Shown: positions 49,665 to 58,132 of the stretch, piece after piece
How positions within the stretch are numbered: the stretch's first letter is position 1
How the letters are laid out: each line of letters starts with the position of its first letter
The notes under the pieces: generated by a model
The model's database searches: none
Seen by the model: only the letters and a program-made list of their open reading frames with translations
What the model was told of the DNA's origin: nothing
Source: an uncultured Bacteriovoracaceae bacterium
GTDB taxonomy: Bacteria > Bdellovibrionota > UBA1018
Direction of reading: 5' to 3'
Assembly (NCBI GenBank): GCA_964536965.1
Contig: CAZIAL010000002.1
Span: forward strand, 72,326-136,325
DNA: 64,000 nt
Made by a program: the position numbers and the translations under genes

Positions 49665-50551
49665 AGTTTTCCCTTCGTCGAAGGCGGATTTTCCAGGTGG
49701 CGTTTCATCAGGGCACGAACGTCGTCGGCGAGGTCGGGACGTTTCAGCGCGAAGGCGAGCGTGGCGTCGATATATCCGATGCGATCGCCCGTGTCGTAAC
49801 GCGTGCCTTCGAACGAATAGGCGAGGAGCTTCTCGCGTTCGGCTAAAGTTTTTAACCCATCCGTCAGCTGGATTTCTCCGCCTTTTCCCGGCGGCGTCTT
49901 ACGCAGAATATCGAAGATCGTCGGGGACAGTACGTAGCGGCCGGGGATCGCGAGCTGGGACGGAGCTTGATCCGGCTCGGGCTTTTCGACGAGGGTCCGT
50001 ACATGGGTCAGGCGATCGTTCAGTCGGTCTCCGCCGACGATCCCGTACTTCGAGACTTCTCGCTTCGGCACTTCCATCACACCGACGACGGAGGCGTTTT
50101 CGCGTTCGGCGACTTCGATCAGCTGCTGGATGCAGGAAGTCTTCGAATCGATCAGATCATCGCCAAGGAGGACGGCGAAAGGCTCGTTTCCGATAATGGG
50201 CTCCGCGCAGAGCACGGCGTGCCCGAGCCCCATCGGCTGTTTCTGACGGATCGTCATGATGTTGCAAAGTTTCGCGATGTTGCGGGAAACGTCCGCGAGC
50301 GCGTTCTTCCCTTTGCGGTCGAGCATCGTTTCGATCTCGAATGAGTAGTCAAAATGGTCGACGATCGAATCCTTGTTGCGGCCGGTGATGAAAACGATGT
50401 CCTGGATGCCCGCGCGCACGACTTCCTCGACGATGTACTGGATCATCGGAATGTCGACGATGGGGAGCATTTCTTTCGGGGTGGCTTTGGTCGCCGGAAG
50501 GAACCGGGTGCCCAGGCCCGCACAAGGAATGACGGCTTTGCGAATCTTCAT
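49661..50551 (-). CDS. galU: UTP--glucose-1-phosphate uridylyltransferase
   Basis: 296 aa. KAVIPCAGLGTRFLPATKATPKEMLP and VEKP motifs. Confidence 0.95.
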   Translation of the reverse strand: MKIRKAVIPCAGLGTRFLPATKATPKEMLPIVDIPMIQYIVEEVVRAGIQDIVFITGRNKDSIVDHFDYSFEIETMLDRKGKNALADVSRNIAKLCNIMTIRQKQPMGLGHAVLCAEPIIGNEPFAVLLGDDLIDSKTSCIQQLIEVAERENASVVGVMEVPKREVSKYGIVGGDRLNDRLTHVRTLVEKPEPDQAPSQLAIPGRYVLSPTIFDILRKTPPGKGGEIQLTDGLKTLAEREKLLAYSFEGTRYDTGDRIGYIDATLAFALKRPDLADDVRALMKRHLENPPSTKGKL

Positions 50552-50646
50552 CTTCGAGACTCTACCCGAGCCGAAGGGGTTGTGGAAGGCGCGGCTTCTC
50601 GACTAGACTGCGAGAAAGTGGAACGTTTCAAAGGGGTTAATGCATA

Positions 50647-51507
50647 ATGTCATATATTTTTTCTCATCGGAACGTAGGCTCGGGTTTGAAACTCTTTTTC
50701 TTCGGCTTTTTCGCCATCGCCTCGGCCCATGCGACGGACTACCACTCTCCACGGACGGCAGGTCTGGGGGGTGCGGGGCACGCGGCACCGATTCTGACCG
50801 ACGCCATCTACATGAATCCGGCGATGATTTCGTTTTTGCCGACCTACTCCGTGTCGGTGAGCCGCAACAGTTACGCGGGTCCCGATAACACTGAGCCCCG
50901 CGGACGCGTCATCAACGCTTCCATTCAGGACGGCTCGAACACCCTCTTCCAGGCGGGCGTGGGATACACGCGGAAAACCTATGGCCGCGAGGTCCACCTG
51001 GGCGCTTCGACGAAGCTCTTCGAAAAGGCGGGGATCGGCATCGGCGGCAAATATCTTTTCGGCAGTACTTCGCGAGAAAGCGCCCAAGACGCGACCCTGT
51101 CCGGTTTAGCCGCGCCACTTCCCTGGCTCCAGGGCGGGATCATCATCGATAATCTGATCGAGACGGATAAAACGAAAATCTGGGGCCGATACCGCGAGTT
51201 CAAGCTCGGCTTTAAATTTAACATCGAGCGAATTCTTCTGATCTACGCCGATCCGCACCTGATTCCGGGGAAGCCGGGCGATAGTTTCGGTTACGAGGCA
51301 GGCGTGGAAGTCCCGATCATGGCCGACCTCTATCTGCGGGGCGGGCTGAACCGGAATTCTTTTCAGCCGCATCTCGGAGCGTACGGGCGCGGTCACGGGT
51401 TCGGATTCGGCTGGGCGTTTCCGCGATTCTCGATCGATGCCGCGCTGACGCGGACTTTCGAACCGGTTCGGACGAACAACTTTCTGTTCTCCTTCACGAT
51501 GATCTAA
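50647..51507 (+). CDS. outer-membrane beta-barrel protein (FadL/TraF-like N-terminal NPA motif)
   Basis: Signal peptide LKLFFFGFFAIASAHA. GLGGAGHA...DAIYMNPA motif. Alternating beta-strand pattern with an aromatic-rich C-terminus. Confidence 0.55.
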   Translation: MSYIFSHRNVGSGLKLFFFGFFAIASAHATDYHSPRTAGLGGAGHAAPILTDAIYMNPAMISFLPTYSVSVSRNSYAGPDNTEPRGRVINASIQDGSNTLFQAGVGYTRKTYGREVHLGASTKLFEKAGIGIGGKYLFGSTSRESAQDATLSGLAAPLPWLQGGIIIDNLIETDKTKIWGRYREFKLGFKFNIERILLIYADPHLIPGKPGDSFGYEAGVEVPIMADLYLRGGLNRNSFQPHLGAYGRGHGFGFGWAFPRFSIDAALTRTFEPVRTNNFLFSFTMI

Positions 51508-51567
51508 TCCGCACTTCGCCCGTCATTTTGCCCATCAATTTACCCTTGAGTGGGCTATAGAGGCTCC

Positions 51568-52899
51568 ATGGAATCGGAAGCAACGGCCGAAAAGAAAATT
51601 TCCCCCGCCGAGGCGCTGCAGGAGTCGTGGGCATCACTCACGGCCGACCAGCGCCACGAGGGTTTCTTTTCGCTTCCGCGTGAAGAGGCGGAAGAACTCT
51701 TTATCAGCGTGAGCGCGGCCGACCAGTACGAGCTGATTAAAGATTTGGCGAATGCCCAGAAACGCGGATGGATCCGACTGCTTGCGCCCGACGATACGGC
51801 CGATCTTATTCAGCAGTTTCCGCATGATGAACGCGCACAAATGCTCGCGCTTCTCGATATCGCGACGATGCGTGAAGTCGTCGCGCTCCTGGCCTACGCC
51901 GAGGACGATGCCGGGGGACTGATGAACCCGCGGTTCATCCGCCTTCGGCCCGATGTTCCGGTGGACGTGGCGATTCGTTATATCCGCGCGCAGTCGAAGG
52001 CGAAGATCGAAACGATCCATTATGTGTATGTCCTGGATCAGGAACAACGCCTCGTCGGCGCGATGTCGTTTCGCGATCTCTTTCTCGCGCCGCCCGAGAA
52101 GCTCGTGAGCGAAGTCATGGTTACGGATCTGGTGTCGCTCCCCGAGGACATGGACCAGGAAGAGGTCGGCCGGAAATTCGCCCAGTGCGGGCTTTCGGCG
52201 CTTCCGGTCGTCGATGCCGAAGGGAAGATGAAAGGGATCGTGACGGTCGACGACGTGGTGGAAGTCGTCGAAGAGGAAGCCACGGAAGATATCCACAAGC
52301 TCGGGGGCACCGAGGCCCTTGACGAGCCGTACCTCCAGATTTCGCTTTTCAGCATGATTAAGAAGCGGGCGGGCTGGCTGACTTTTCTCTTCATCGGAGA
52401 AATGCTCACGGCGACCGCCATGCAGTTCTACGAACACGCGATCGAGCGCGCGGTCGTGCTCGCGCTCTTTATTCCGCTCATCATCTCCTCGGGAGGAAAC
52501 TCCGGCTCGCAGGCGACGTCGCTCGTCATCCGGGCGATGGCACTCCAGGAAGTGCGGCTAAAAGACTGGTGGCGCGTGCTCGGACGCGAGCTGGTGGCCG
52601 GCCTCTCGCTGGGTTTCATTCTCGGCGCGATCGGCATGGTTCGGATTCTGGCCTGGCCAGGGCGAAATGAACTCTACGGCGAACATTATAAAATGATCGC
52701 CTTCACGGTCGCGTCCGCGCTCGTCGGCGTGGTTCTCTGGGGTTCGATCGCCGGATCGATGCTTCCTTTCTTTCTTCGTCGCATCGGATTCGATCCGGCG
52801 ACCTCTTCCGCCCCCTTCGTCGCGACTCTGGTGGACGTAACTGGGCTCGTCATCTATTTCAGCGTCGCGAGCCTCTTTCTGACTGGCCTCCTTCTCTAG
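51568..52899 (+). CDS. mgtE: magnesium transporter MgtE
   Basis: The ATG at 51568 has a GAGG 5 nt upstream. N-domain, tandem CBS region and a C-terminal five-TM domain with SSGGNSGSQ and PFVATLVDVTGL motifs. Confidence 0.93.
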   Translation: MESEATAEKKISPAEALQESWASLTADQRHEGFFSLPREEAEELFISVSAADQYELIKDLANAQKRGWIRLLAPDDTADLIQQFPHDERAQMLALLDIATMREVVALLAYAEDDAGGLMNPRFIRLRPDVPVDVAIRYIRAQSKAKIETIHYVYVLDQEQRLVGAMSFRDLFLAPPEKLVSEVMVTDLVSLPEDMDQEEVGRKFAQCGLSALPVVDAEGKMKGIVTVDDVVEVVEEEATEDIHKLGGTEALDEPYLQISLFSMIKKRAGWLTFLFIGEMLTATAMQFYEHAIERAVVLALFIPLIISSGGNSGSQATSLVIRAMALQEVRLKDWWRVLGRELVAGLSLGFILGAIGMVRILAWPGRNELYGEHYKMIAFTVASALVGVVLWGSIAGSMLPFFLRRIGFDPATSSAPFVATLVDVTGLVIYFSVASLFLTGLLL

Positions 52900-53000
52900 T
52901 CATTCGGTTTAAATTAAAGATTTCGACCACTTAGATACAGTTTCAGTCTGGGGTTTTCTCTTGCTTACCCGGGGGGGCAAGCATATAACGCAATGCGTCT

Positions 53001-53732
53001 ATGAGAATGAAACACCTTCCCCAGCATCTGTGGTTCTGGTCCGTCCCCCTCGCGCTCGCGATTGGGAGCTTTGCTTTCGGCTTCGGGCGCAGCGACGCTC
53101 CGGCCGCGAAGACGGCGATCGTCCTGGCACCGCAGTCCGAAGTGGACACGGTTTGCGCCTCTCCGATCTTCGAGATGGGCCGGGCGATTTCGTTCCATGA
53201 ACTCTCGGGCTTCAGCGCCGCCAAGTTCGAGCTTGAATCGGTCCATTTCCGGGACGTCGTTTGGAAAACTCCGGACGACATCGAGTTCGCCTACCAAATC
53301 GACATGAAGATGCGGCTCGCGACCGACCGGTTCCTGGTTCCGGAACATGTAGTCGCATGCAAGGTCGAGAACAAACTATCCAAACGCGCCCAAAAGCTTT
53401 CCCGCACGATGCTTCCGGTCCTGGGAGATCTCCACCTTCCCTCCACCCGAATTACCGTCTTCGATCAGTCGTCCTCGGATCGCGACCGTCTTTATAACTA
53501 TCCCCGGATTTCGGAGATCACGGTCTCCAGTAAGGGATATTTCTCGTTCAATCAGAATTGGGCGCCTTATCGGAAGCTCCAGTCGCTCGGTCAGTATCTC
53601 GACCACCTCCGTTATCGCTCCTTCTACGACCAGGTAGAGATCCGCGAGATGGGCTACGGACGGATCGGGATCTTTGCGCAGAAGGACGTCACGGGCGAAC
53701 GGGCTCAGCTGCTGATCGTGCTGAAGCAGTAG
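53001..53732 (+). CDS. hypothetical secreted protein
   Basis: 243-aa ORF with an N-terminal hydrophobic segment (LWFWSVPLALAIGSFAFG). No motif recognised. Confidence 0.45.
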   Translation: MRMKHLPQHLWFWSVPLALAIGSFAFGFGRSDAPAAKTAIVLAPQSEVDTVCASPIFEMGRAISFHELSGFSAAKFELESVHFRDVVWKTPDDIEFAYQIDMKMRLATDRFLVPEHVVACKVENKLSKRAQKLSRTMLPVLGDLHLPSTRITVFDQSSSDRDRLYNYPRISEITVSSKGYFSFNQNWAPYRKLQSLGQYLDHLRYRSFYDQVEIREMGYGRIGIFAQKDVTGERAQLLIVLKQ

Positions 53733-53807
53733 CCCCTCCCGGAACGGCGGCCGTTTTCCCCGTCGCATCTCGGCTAGATTCGCCCGGGATATGATACGGA
53801 TGAATTC

Positions 53808-56045
53808 ATGGTGCATCTCCCCGATCTGATTCAGGACCTCGGACTGATTCTGATGGCTGCGGCCGTCGTCACGCTCATCTTTCGGATGATTCGCCAACCG
53901 GTGGTACTGGGCTATCTCATCGCCGGGATGCTGGTGGGACCCCATTTCCACCTCGTACCGACGGTGAAAGATGTCGCCAACATTTCCATCTGGGCGGAAA
54001 TCGGCGTCATCTTCATGCTCTTTGGCCTCGGGCTCGAATTCAGTTTCAAGAAACTGGTCAAGGTCGGAAAGAGCGCGGGAATCACCGCGACCTTCGAGAT
54101 CATATTCATGATCGCCGTGGGTTATGTCGTCGGCATGGCGTTGGGCTGGTCTAAAATGGACAGCCTGTTTCTCGGCGCGATTCTCTCCATGTCCTCGACG
54201 ACGATCATCGTCCGTGCGTTCGACGAACTCGGGATGAAGACGCGAGGATTCGCATCGCTCGTCTTCGGCGTTCTGATCGTCGAGGACCTGATCGCGATAC
54301 TCCTCCTCGTCCTGCTTTCTTCGGTCGCCGCGACCCAGAGCCTCTCGGGTACGGCCCTGCTCGGATCATCACTCCGCCTCAGTTTCTTCCTCATCCTCTG
54401 GTTCCTGCTCGGGATCTATCTTCTCCCGACCCTGTTCGACAAAATTCGGAAGGCTCTCTCGGACGAGACGACCCTGATCATCTCGATCGGCCTCTGTCTG
54501 ATGATGGTGATTATCGCCACCGGGGTCGGATTCTCTCCGGCCCTCGGCGCTTTCGTCATGGGGTCCATCCTGGCGGAAACTCGGGAAGGTCACCGCATCG
54601 AGCGGGTGATCCTTTCGGTGAAGGATCTCTTCTCGGCCGTCTTTTTCGTTTCGGTCGGGATGATGATCGATCCCGCGATTATGAGGGAACATTTCGGCGT
54701 GATCGTCTTCCTGACGTTTCTCACGATCGTCGGAAAATTCATCAGTTCGGGTTTAGGCGCGCTCATTTCGGGAAGAAGCCTGAAACATTCGATCCAGGGT
54801 GGGCTCAGTCTCGCGCAGATCGGTGAATTCTCCTTCATCATCGCGACGCTCGGGAAGACGTTGGGCGTGACGAGCGACTTCCTCTATCCGATCGCGGTCG
54901 CAGTTTCGGGGGTCACGACCTTCACGACCCCTTATCAGATTAAGAACTCGGAAAAGTTCTATAATTGGTTGAACCGCCGGATTCCGAACTCGTTTCGTCA
55001 GCTGCTGGCGCGCTACGAGACCGCGATGTCCGGAGGCGGCGATGCGAATGTGATCGGATTGGTATTTCGCGAGTACGGGGCGAAAATCCTTCTGAATGCC
55101 GTGCTCGTCGTCGCGCTTAGCCTCGCCCTCAGTCGGGCCGGTCTACCGCGGTTGCGGGATGGTTTCGGCGAGGTTCCTTATCTGAATCTCATGGTGTGCG
55201 GGGTGGCTTTGCTCCTGTCGGCGCCGTTTCTTTGGGCGATTTTCCTAGGCCGTCCGGCGCACGCAGAAAGTTATGGAGAGGCCACGGTGAATCGGCTGCG
55301 ACGGCTGCAGCTCGGAATCACGTCCGTTCGTTTTATGTTCGGAGTGGCGCTCGTTATTTTCGTCGTCAGCCAGTTTACATCCGTGCTCGCGCTGTCGGGT
55401 CTCGTACTGATCGCGCTGGCCGCGCTCGCGACGCTATTTTTTACGCGATTCTCGGAGCCACTCTACGAAAAAATGGAGCGCCGATTTGTCGCGAATCTGA
55501 ACGAGAACGAACGTCTCGCTCTGGAACGGCATAAGAATCTTCATCCGGCGCTCGCGCCATGGGACGCGGTGCTCGTCGAAATGAAGGTCTCCGCGAGTTC
55601 CCCCTTGGTCGCGAAAACCCTTCTCCAGTCCCAGCTGAAAGAGAAGTATGGGGTTACCATCGCCATGATCGATCGGGGGGGGCGACGAATCCTTTCCCCG
55701 AAACGGGACGACCTCCTCCTCCCGGGCGACGAGATTTTTCTGATTGGTACGGACGAGCAGCTTGCCTCGGCGCGGCCGGAGATCGAGTCGGCCATTCCGG
55801 AAGAACTGCCGCCGATGTCGGAGTCCTATGGACTGACTTCCCTCACGCTTTTGCCCACCGATCCGTTCGTGAACAAACCGATCCGTGAGTGCGGTCTGCG
55901 CGAGGCGATCGACGGACTCATCGTCGGTCTCGAGCGGGACGGGAAACGATACCTCAGCCCCGACTCGTCGATGGCGCTCCTTCCGGGCGATCTCGTGTGG
56001 ATCGTGGGCGATCGCTCGCGCATCCGCGAGTTTCGCGGAAACTAG
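53808..56045 (+). CDS. CPA2-family cation:proton antiporter with two C-terminal RCK_C (TrkA-C) domains
   Basis: 745 aa. An N-terminal Na+/H+ exchanger-type membrane domain of about 12 TM helices and extra TM helices are followed by two segments of the type VEMKVSASSPLVAKTLLQSQLKEKYGVTIAMIDRGG and LTLLPTDPFVNKPIRECGLREAIDGLIVGLERDG. Confidence 0.85.
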   Translation: MVHLPDLIQDLGLILMAAAVVTLIFRMIRQPVVLGYLIAGMLVGPHFHLVPTVKDVANISIWAEIGVIFMLFGLGLEFSFKKLVKVGKSAGITATFEIIFMIAVGYVVGMALGWSKMDSLFLGAILSMSSTTIIVRAFDELGMKTRGFASLVFGVLIVEDLIAILLLVLLSSVAATQSLSGTALLGSSLRLSFFLILWFLLGIYLLPTLFDKIRKALSDETTLIISIGLCLMMVIIATGVGFSPALGAFVMGSILAETREGHRIERVILSVKDLFSAVFFVSVGMMIDPAIMREHFGVIVFLTFLTIVGKFISSGLGALISGRSLKHSIQGGLSLAQIGEFSFIIATLGKTLGVTSDFLYPIAVAVSGVTTFTTPYQIKNSEKFYNWLNRRIPNSFRQLLARYETAMSGGGDANVIGLVFREYGAKILLNAVLVVALSLALSRAGLPRLRDGFGEVPYLNLMVCGVALLLSAPFLWAIFLGRPAHAESYGEATVNRLRRLQLGITSVRFMFGVALVIFVVSQFTSVLALSGLVLIALAALATLFFTRFSEPLYEKMERRFVANLNENERLALERHKNLHPALAPWDAVLVEMKVSASSPLVAKTLLQSQLKEKYGVTIAMIDRGGRRILSPKRDDLLLPGDEIFLIGTDEQLASARPEIESAIPEELPPMSESYGLTSLTLLPTDPFVNKPIRECGLREAIDGLIVGLERDGKRYLSPDSSMALLPGDLVWIVGDRSRIREFRGN

Positions 56046-56061
56046 AGAGAGGTAGAGACGA

Positions 56062-56373
56062 ATGACCGAACCAGGACTCGCAGCAGGCAAGAAACTCGAT
56101 CAGCGGGTGAACCTCGCCGTGTTCGACGACGACGCGGGCGAAGCGCCGAAATTCAGCACCGACGTCGCGACCGCCTGGCGGGTCGTCGACGAGATCTGCG
56201 ACCGCGGGTATAAGCTGCAGCTTTCGGGCAGCCGGATCTGGCAGGCGCGGTTTTATAAGTCGGCGGCGCATACCCTCGAGACGCAGGCCTCGACCGCGAC
56301 CGGAAGTTCTCCCGCGGAAGCGATCTGCATCGCCGCGCTGATCGTTCTCGGGGCGCACGTTCGGAAGGACTAA
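56062..56373 (+). CDS. small hypothetical protein (possibly phage ABA-sandwich-domain-like)
   Basis: 103-aa ORF. The FSTDVATAWRVVDEI segment resembles the conserved core of the phage ABA sandwich domain as I remember it. Low certainty. Confidence 0.4.
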   Translation: MTEPGLAAGKKLDQRVNLAVFDDDAGEAPKFSTDVATAWRVVDEICDRGYKLQLSGSRIWQARFYKSAAHTLETQASTATGSSPAEAICIAALIVLGAHVRKD

Positions 56374-56400
56374 GATACCGGCGCGGTCGCGAACTCCGCT

Positions 56401-56415
56401 TCGAATCCTTTTGGA
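56401..56415 (+). repeat. 15-nt copy of the tRNA-Arg T-loop/acceptor segment, inverted relative to the tRNA gene
   Basis: TCGAATCCTTTTGGA at 56401..56415 is the exact reverse complement of 56482..56496, which lies inside tRNA-Arg. The flanking bases do not fold into a T-stem, so it is a fragment. Confidence 0.6.
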
Positions 56416-56431
56416 GTCGGGATCAGAAAAC

Positions 56432-56470
56432 AAAAAAGGCCACCTCCGAAGAGGCGGCCTTTTTTGTTTT
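56432..56470. terminator. bidirectional intrinsic terminator
   Basis: AAAAAAGGCCACCTC-CGAA-GAGGCGGCCTTTTTTGTTTT. The 10-bp GC-rich stem has one A/C mismatch on the plus strand, which becomes a G-U pair on the minus strand. It is flanked by an A-run and a T-run. It sits between the convergent 56062..56373 ORF and tRNA-Arg. Confidence 0.7.
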
Positions 56471-56474
56471 ATAA

Positions 56475-56551
56475 TGGCGGTTCCAAAAGGATTCGAACCT
56501 TTGACCTTTGCCTCCGGAGGGCAACGCTCTATCCAGCTGAGCTATGGAACC
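56475..56551 (-). tRNA. tRNA-Arg (anticodon CCG), CCA encoded
   Basis: Manual cloverleaf on the minus strand: acceptor GGTTCCA/TGGAACC, D-stem GCTC/GAGC, anticodon stem TTGCC/GGCAA with loop CT-CCG-GA, T-arm AAAGG-TTCGAAT-CCTTT, discriminator G plus CCA. Confidence 0.95.
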
Positions 56552-56600
56552 AGACCATTGGCTCAGTCGTAACACAGGCTTCTACCCCTGGAAAGGAGGT

Positions 56601-56659
56601 CGAAAAACGGGCCGTTCGCCGCCGGAAGTCCCTGGCGGGGAGGAAACGACGAACGGCCC
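56601..56659 (-). terminator. intrinsic terminator downstream of the four-helix-bundle gene
   Basis: GGGCCGTTCG (56609..56618) pairs perfectly with CGAACGGCCC (56650..56659). There is an inner CCGCC/GGCGG stem. On the minus strand the hairpin is followed by GTTTTTCG. Confidence 0.6.
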
Positions 56660-56693
56660 ATGCCTCTGTAGGGGCACTTTTAAAGTCAGGGTC

Positions 56694-57035
56694 TCAGCCG
56701 AGCATCCGGAACTGCCCGCCCTCGCTCGCGGCGGCCTTTTCGCAAAGCTGCTCGAGCCGATCGTGGATAATCTTGTATTTGGATTGGAGTTCTCCGAAGA
56801 ACACCCCCGAGTCGATGAGCTCGTCGTGGCATTCGCGCAGGTTTAGGAGCGCCGAAAAGAAGTGTCTCCCCTCTTCCGAAGGCCGCTTCGCGTGGAGGCT
56901 ATGCGTGAAGGACTGGATCATTTGTTCGGCGCTGCGAAGCAAACGGTTCTTTTTCGGGGCTTCAGCGATGTCCGCTACGAGACAGAGCTGGTGAAATGAA
57001 AGGGCGAACTGGTAGGTCAGATAGTTCTTGAACAT
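56694..57035 (-). CDS. four-helix-bundle protein (23S rRNA intervening-sequence protein / Avd-like family)
   Basis: 113 aa. YQFALSFHQLCL..., RLLRSAEQMIQSFTHSL and FFSALLNLRECHDEL fit the family pattern of four amphipathic helices. Confidence 0.75.
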   Translation of the reverse strand: MFKNYLTYQFALSFHQLCLVADIAEAPKKNRLLRSAEQMIQSFTHSLHAKRPSEEGRHFFSALLNLRECHDELIDSGVFFGELQSKYKIIHDRLEQLCEKAAASEGGQFRMLG

Positions 57036-57415
57036 CAGGGTCCTCCTTGAGCATCCAAGTCGCGTTTCCCAAACAGAAAGTTCGAGAGAAGGGTCATCAG
57101 AGCTCTTTCGATTCGGCGCGCCTCCTGCCCACCGAGTATCCGCACTCCCATGCGGATCACCCTGACACGGCTATCTTACGCAGAACTTGTGCCAAAACTC
57201 CCGGAGGCGAAATGGTACGCAGAGATTGTATAAAAACGGCCACTTCACGCATCGCGAGTTAAATAATGCGCGTCAATGATGCGCTCCTATCGCGAAAATT
57301 TTTCAATTACGGTGACGTAAAAAGAGTCGAAACGACTCCGCAGAATGTCACTTTTGGTTTTTCGCACCTGCTGAAGACCCGCGGTGGGAGCGGAATTCCG
57401 CGGAATAGAATCCGA

Positions 57416-58132
57416 CTAAAGTTTTTCGCGCGGTGATCGGCTGCCGAAGATCGCGGTGCCGATGCGCAAATAGGTGGCTCCCTCGGCGATCGCGTCGGAA
57501 AAATCAGATGTCATGCCCATGGAGAGATCGCCACGCGTGAGGGGCCGGAGAGCGGCCTCCAGAGCGGCCATTCGGTGGAAGGCTTCACGCGCCCCGCCCA
57601 CCCGCTTCGGATCTGGAATGGCCATGAGCCCGCGAAGTTCGAGGTTTGGAAACGTGCCGATGGCCTCCGCTAATTTTCGAATCTCGGAAATGCGTACGCC
57701 GGATTTGCTTTCTTCGTCGTCGACGTTCACTTCGATCAGCACTCGAACGGGGCCTTTTTCAGGCCTTTCCGCGGCTTCCGCGCGTTTCGAAATTTCCTCC
57801 GCGAGCTTCAGCGAGGAGACCCCGTGAATCATGAAAACCCACGGGAGGAGGATCTTCACCTTGTTCGATTGGAGGTGACCGATAAAGTGCCAGCGGATCT
57901 CCGTGAGTCCTTCCGCGCGCGCCTGGGTGGCCTTCGCGATCATTTCCTGAACGTAATTCTCCCCGAAATCCCGATGGCCCTCTTGGTAGAGTTCCCGAAT
58001 TTTCTCGAACGGGTGGGTTTTGCTCACGGCGATGAGCTTCGCCGCATCCGCGGCGCGACCCGCTTGGAGGGCCGCCGCAGCGATCGCTTTGCGAATCGCT
58101 CGGTAATTTCCGAGTAGTTCAGTCGTCGTCAT
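57416..58132 (-). CDS. yggS: PLP-homeostasis protein YggS/YlmE family
   Basis: The ATG at 58132 overlaps the maf stop (ATGA). LIAVSKTHP (PLP lysine), FGENYVQE, WHFIGHLQSNK and SMGMTSDF motifs. Confidence 0.9.
   Translation of the reverse strand: MTTTELLGNYRAIRKAIAAAALQAGRAADAAKLIAVSKTHPFEKIRELYQEGHRDFGENYVQEMIAKATQARAEGLTEIRWHFIGHLQSNKVKILLPWVFMIHGVSSLKLAEEISKRAEAAERPEKGPVRVLIEVNVDDEESKSGVRISEIRKLAEAIGTFPNLELRGLMAIPDPKRVGGAREAFHRMAALEAALRPLTRGDLSMGMTSDFSDAIAEGATYLRIGTAIFGSRSPREKL

Noticed and set aside
51508-51567. M-box (Mg) riboswitch upstream of mgtE. Also an FMN riboswitch upstream of the RibD-C-like gene (33837..33982) and a preQ1 riboswitch upstream of the QueD-like genes (31266..31350)
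   Set aside because: The spacers are too short (60 nt for mgtE) or lack the conserved cores I can recall. Only a simple 8-bp inverted repeat is present before the RibD-C-like gene.
57047-57262. 71-aa plus-strand ORF in the long spacer
   Set aside because: It has no SD, an odd His/Arg/Thr-rich composition, and is very short. It is treated as non-coding.
56694-57415. Diversity-generating retroelement, because the four-helix-bundle protein is Avd-like
   Set aside because: There is no reverse transcriptase ORF anywhere nearby. I found no template/variable repeat pair in the flanking 1 kb.
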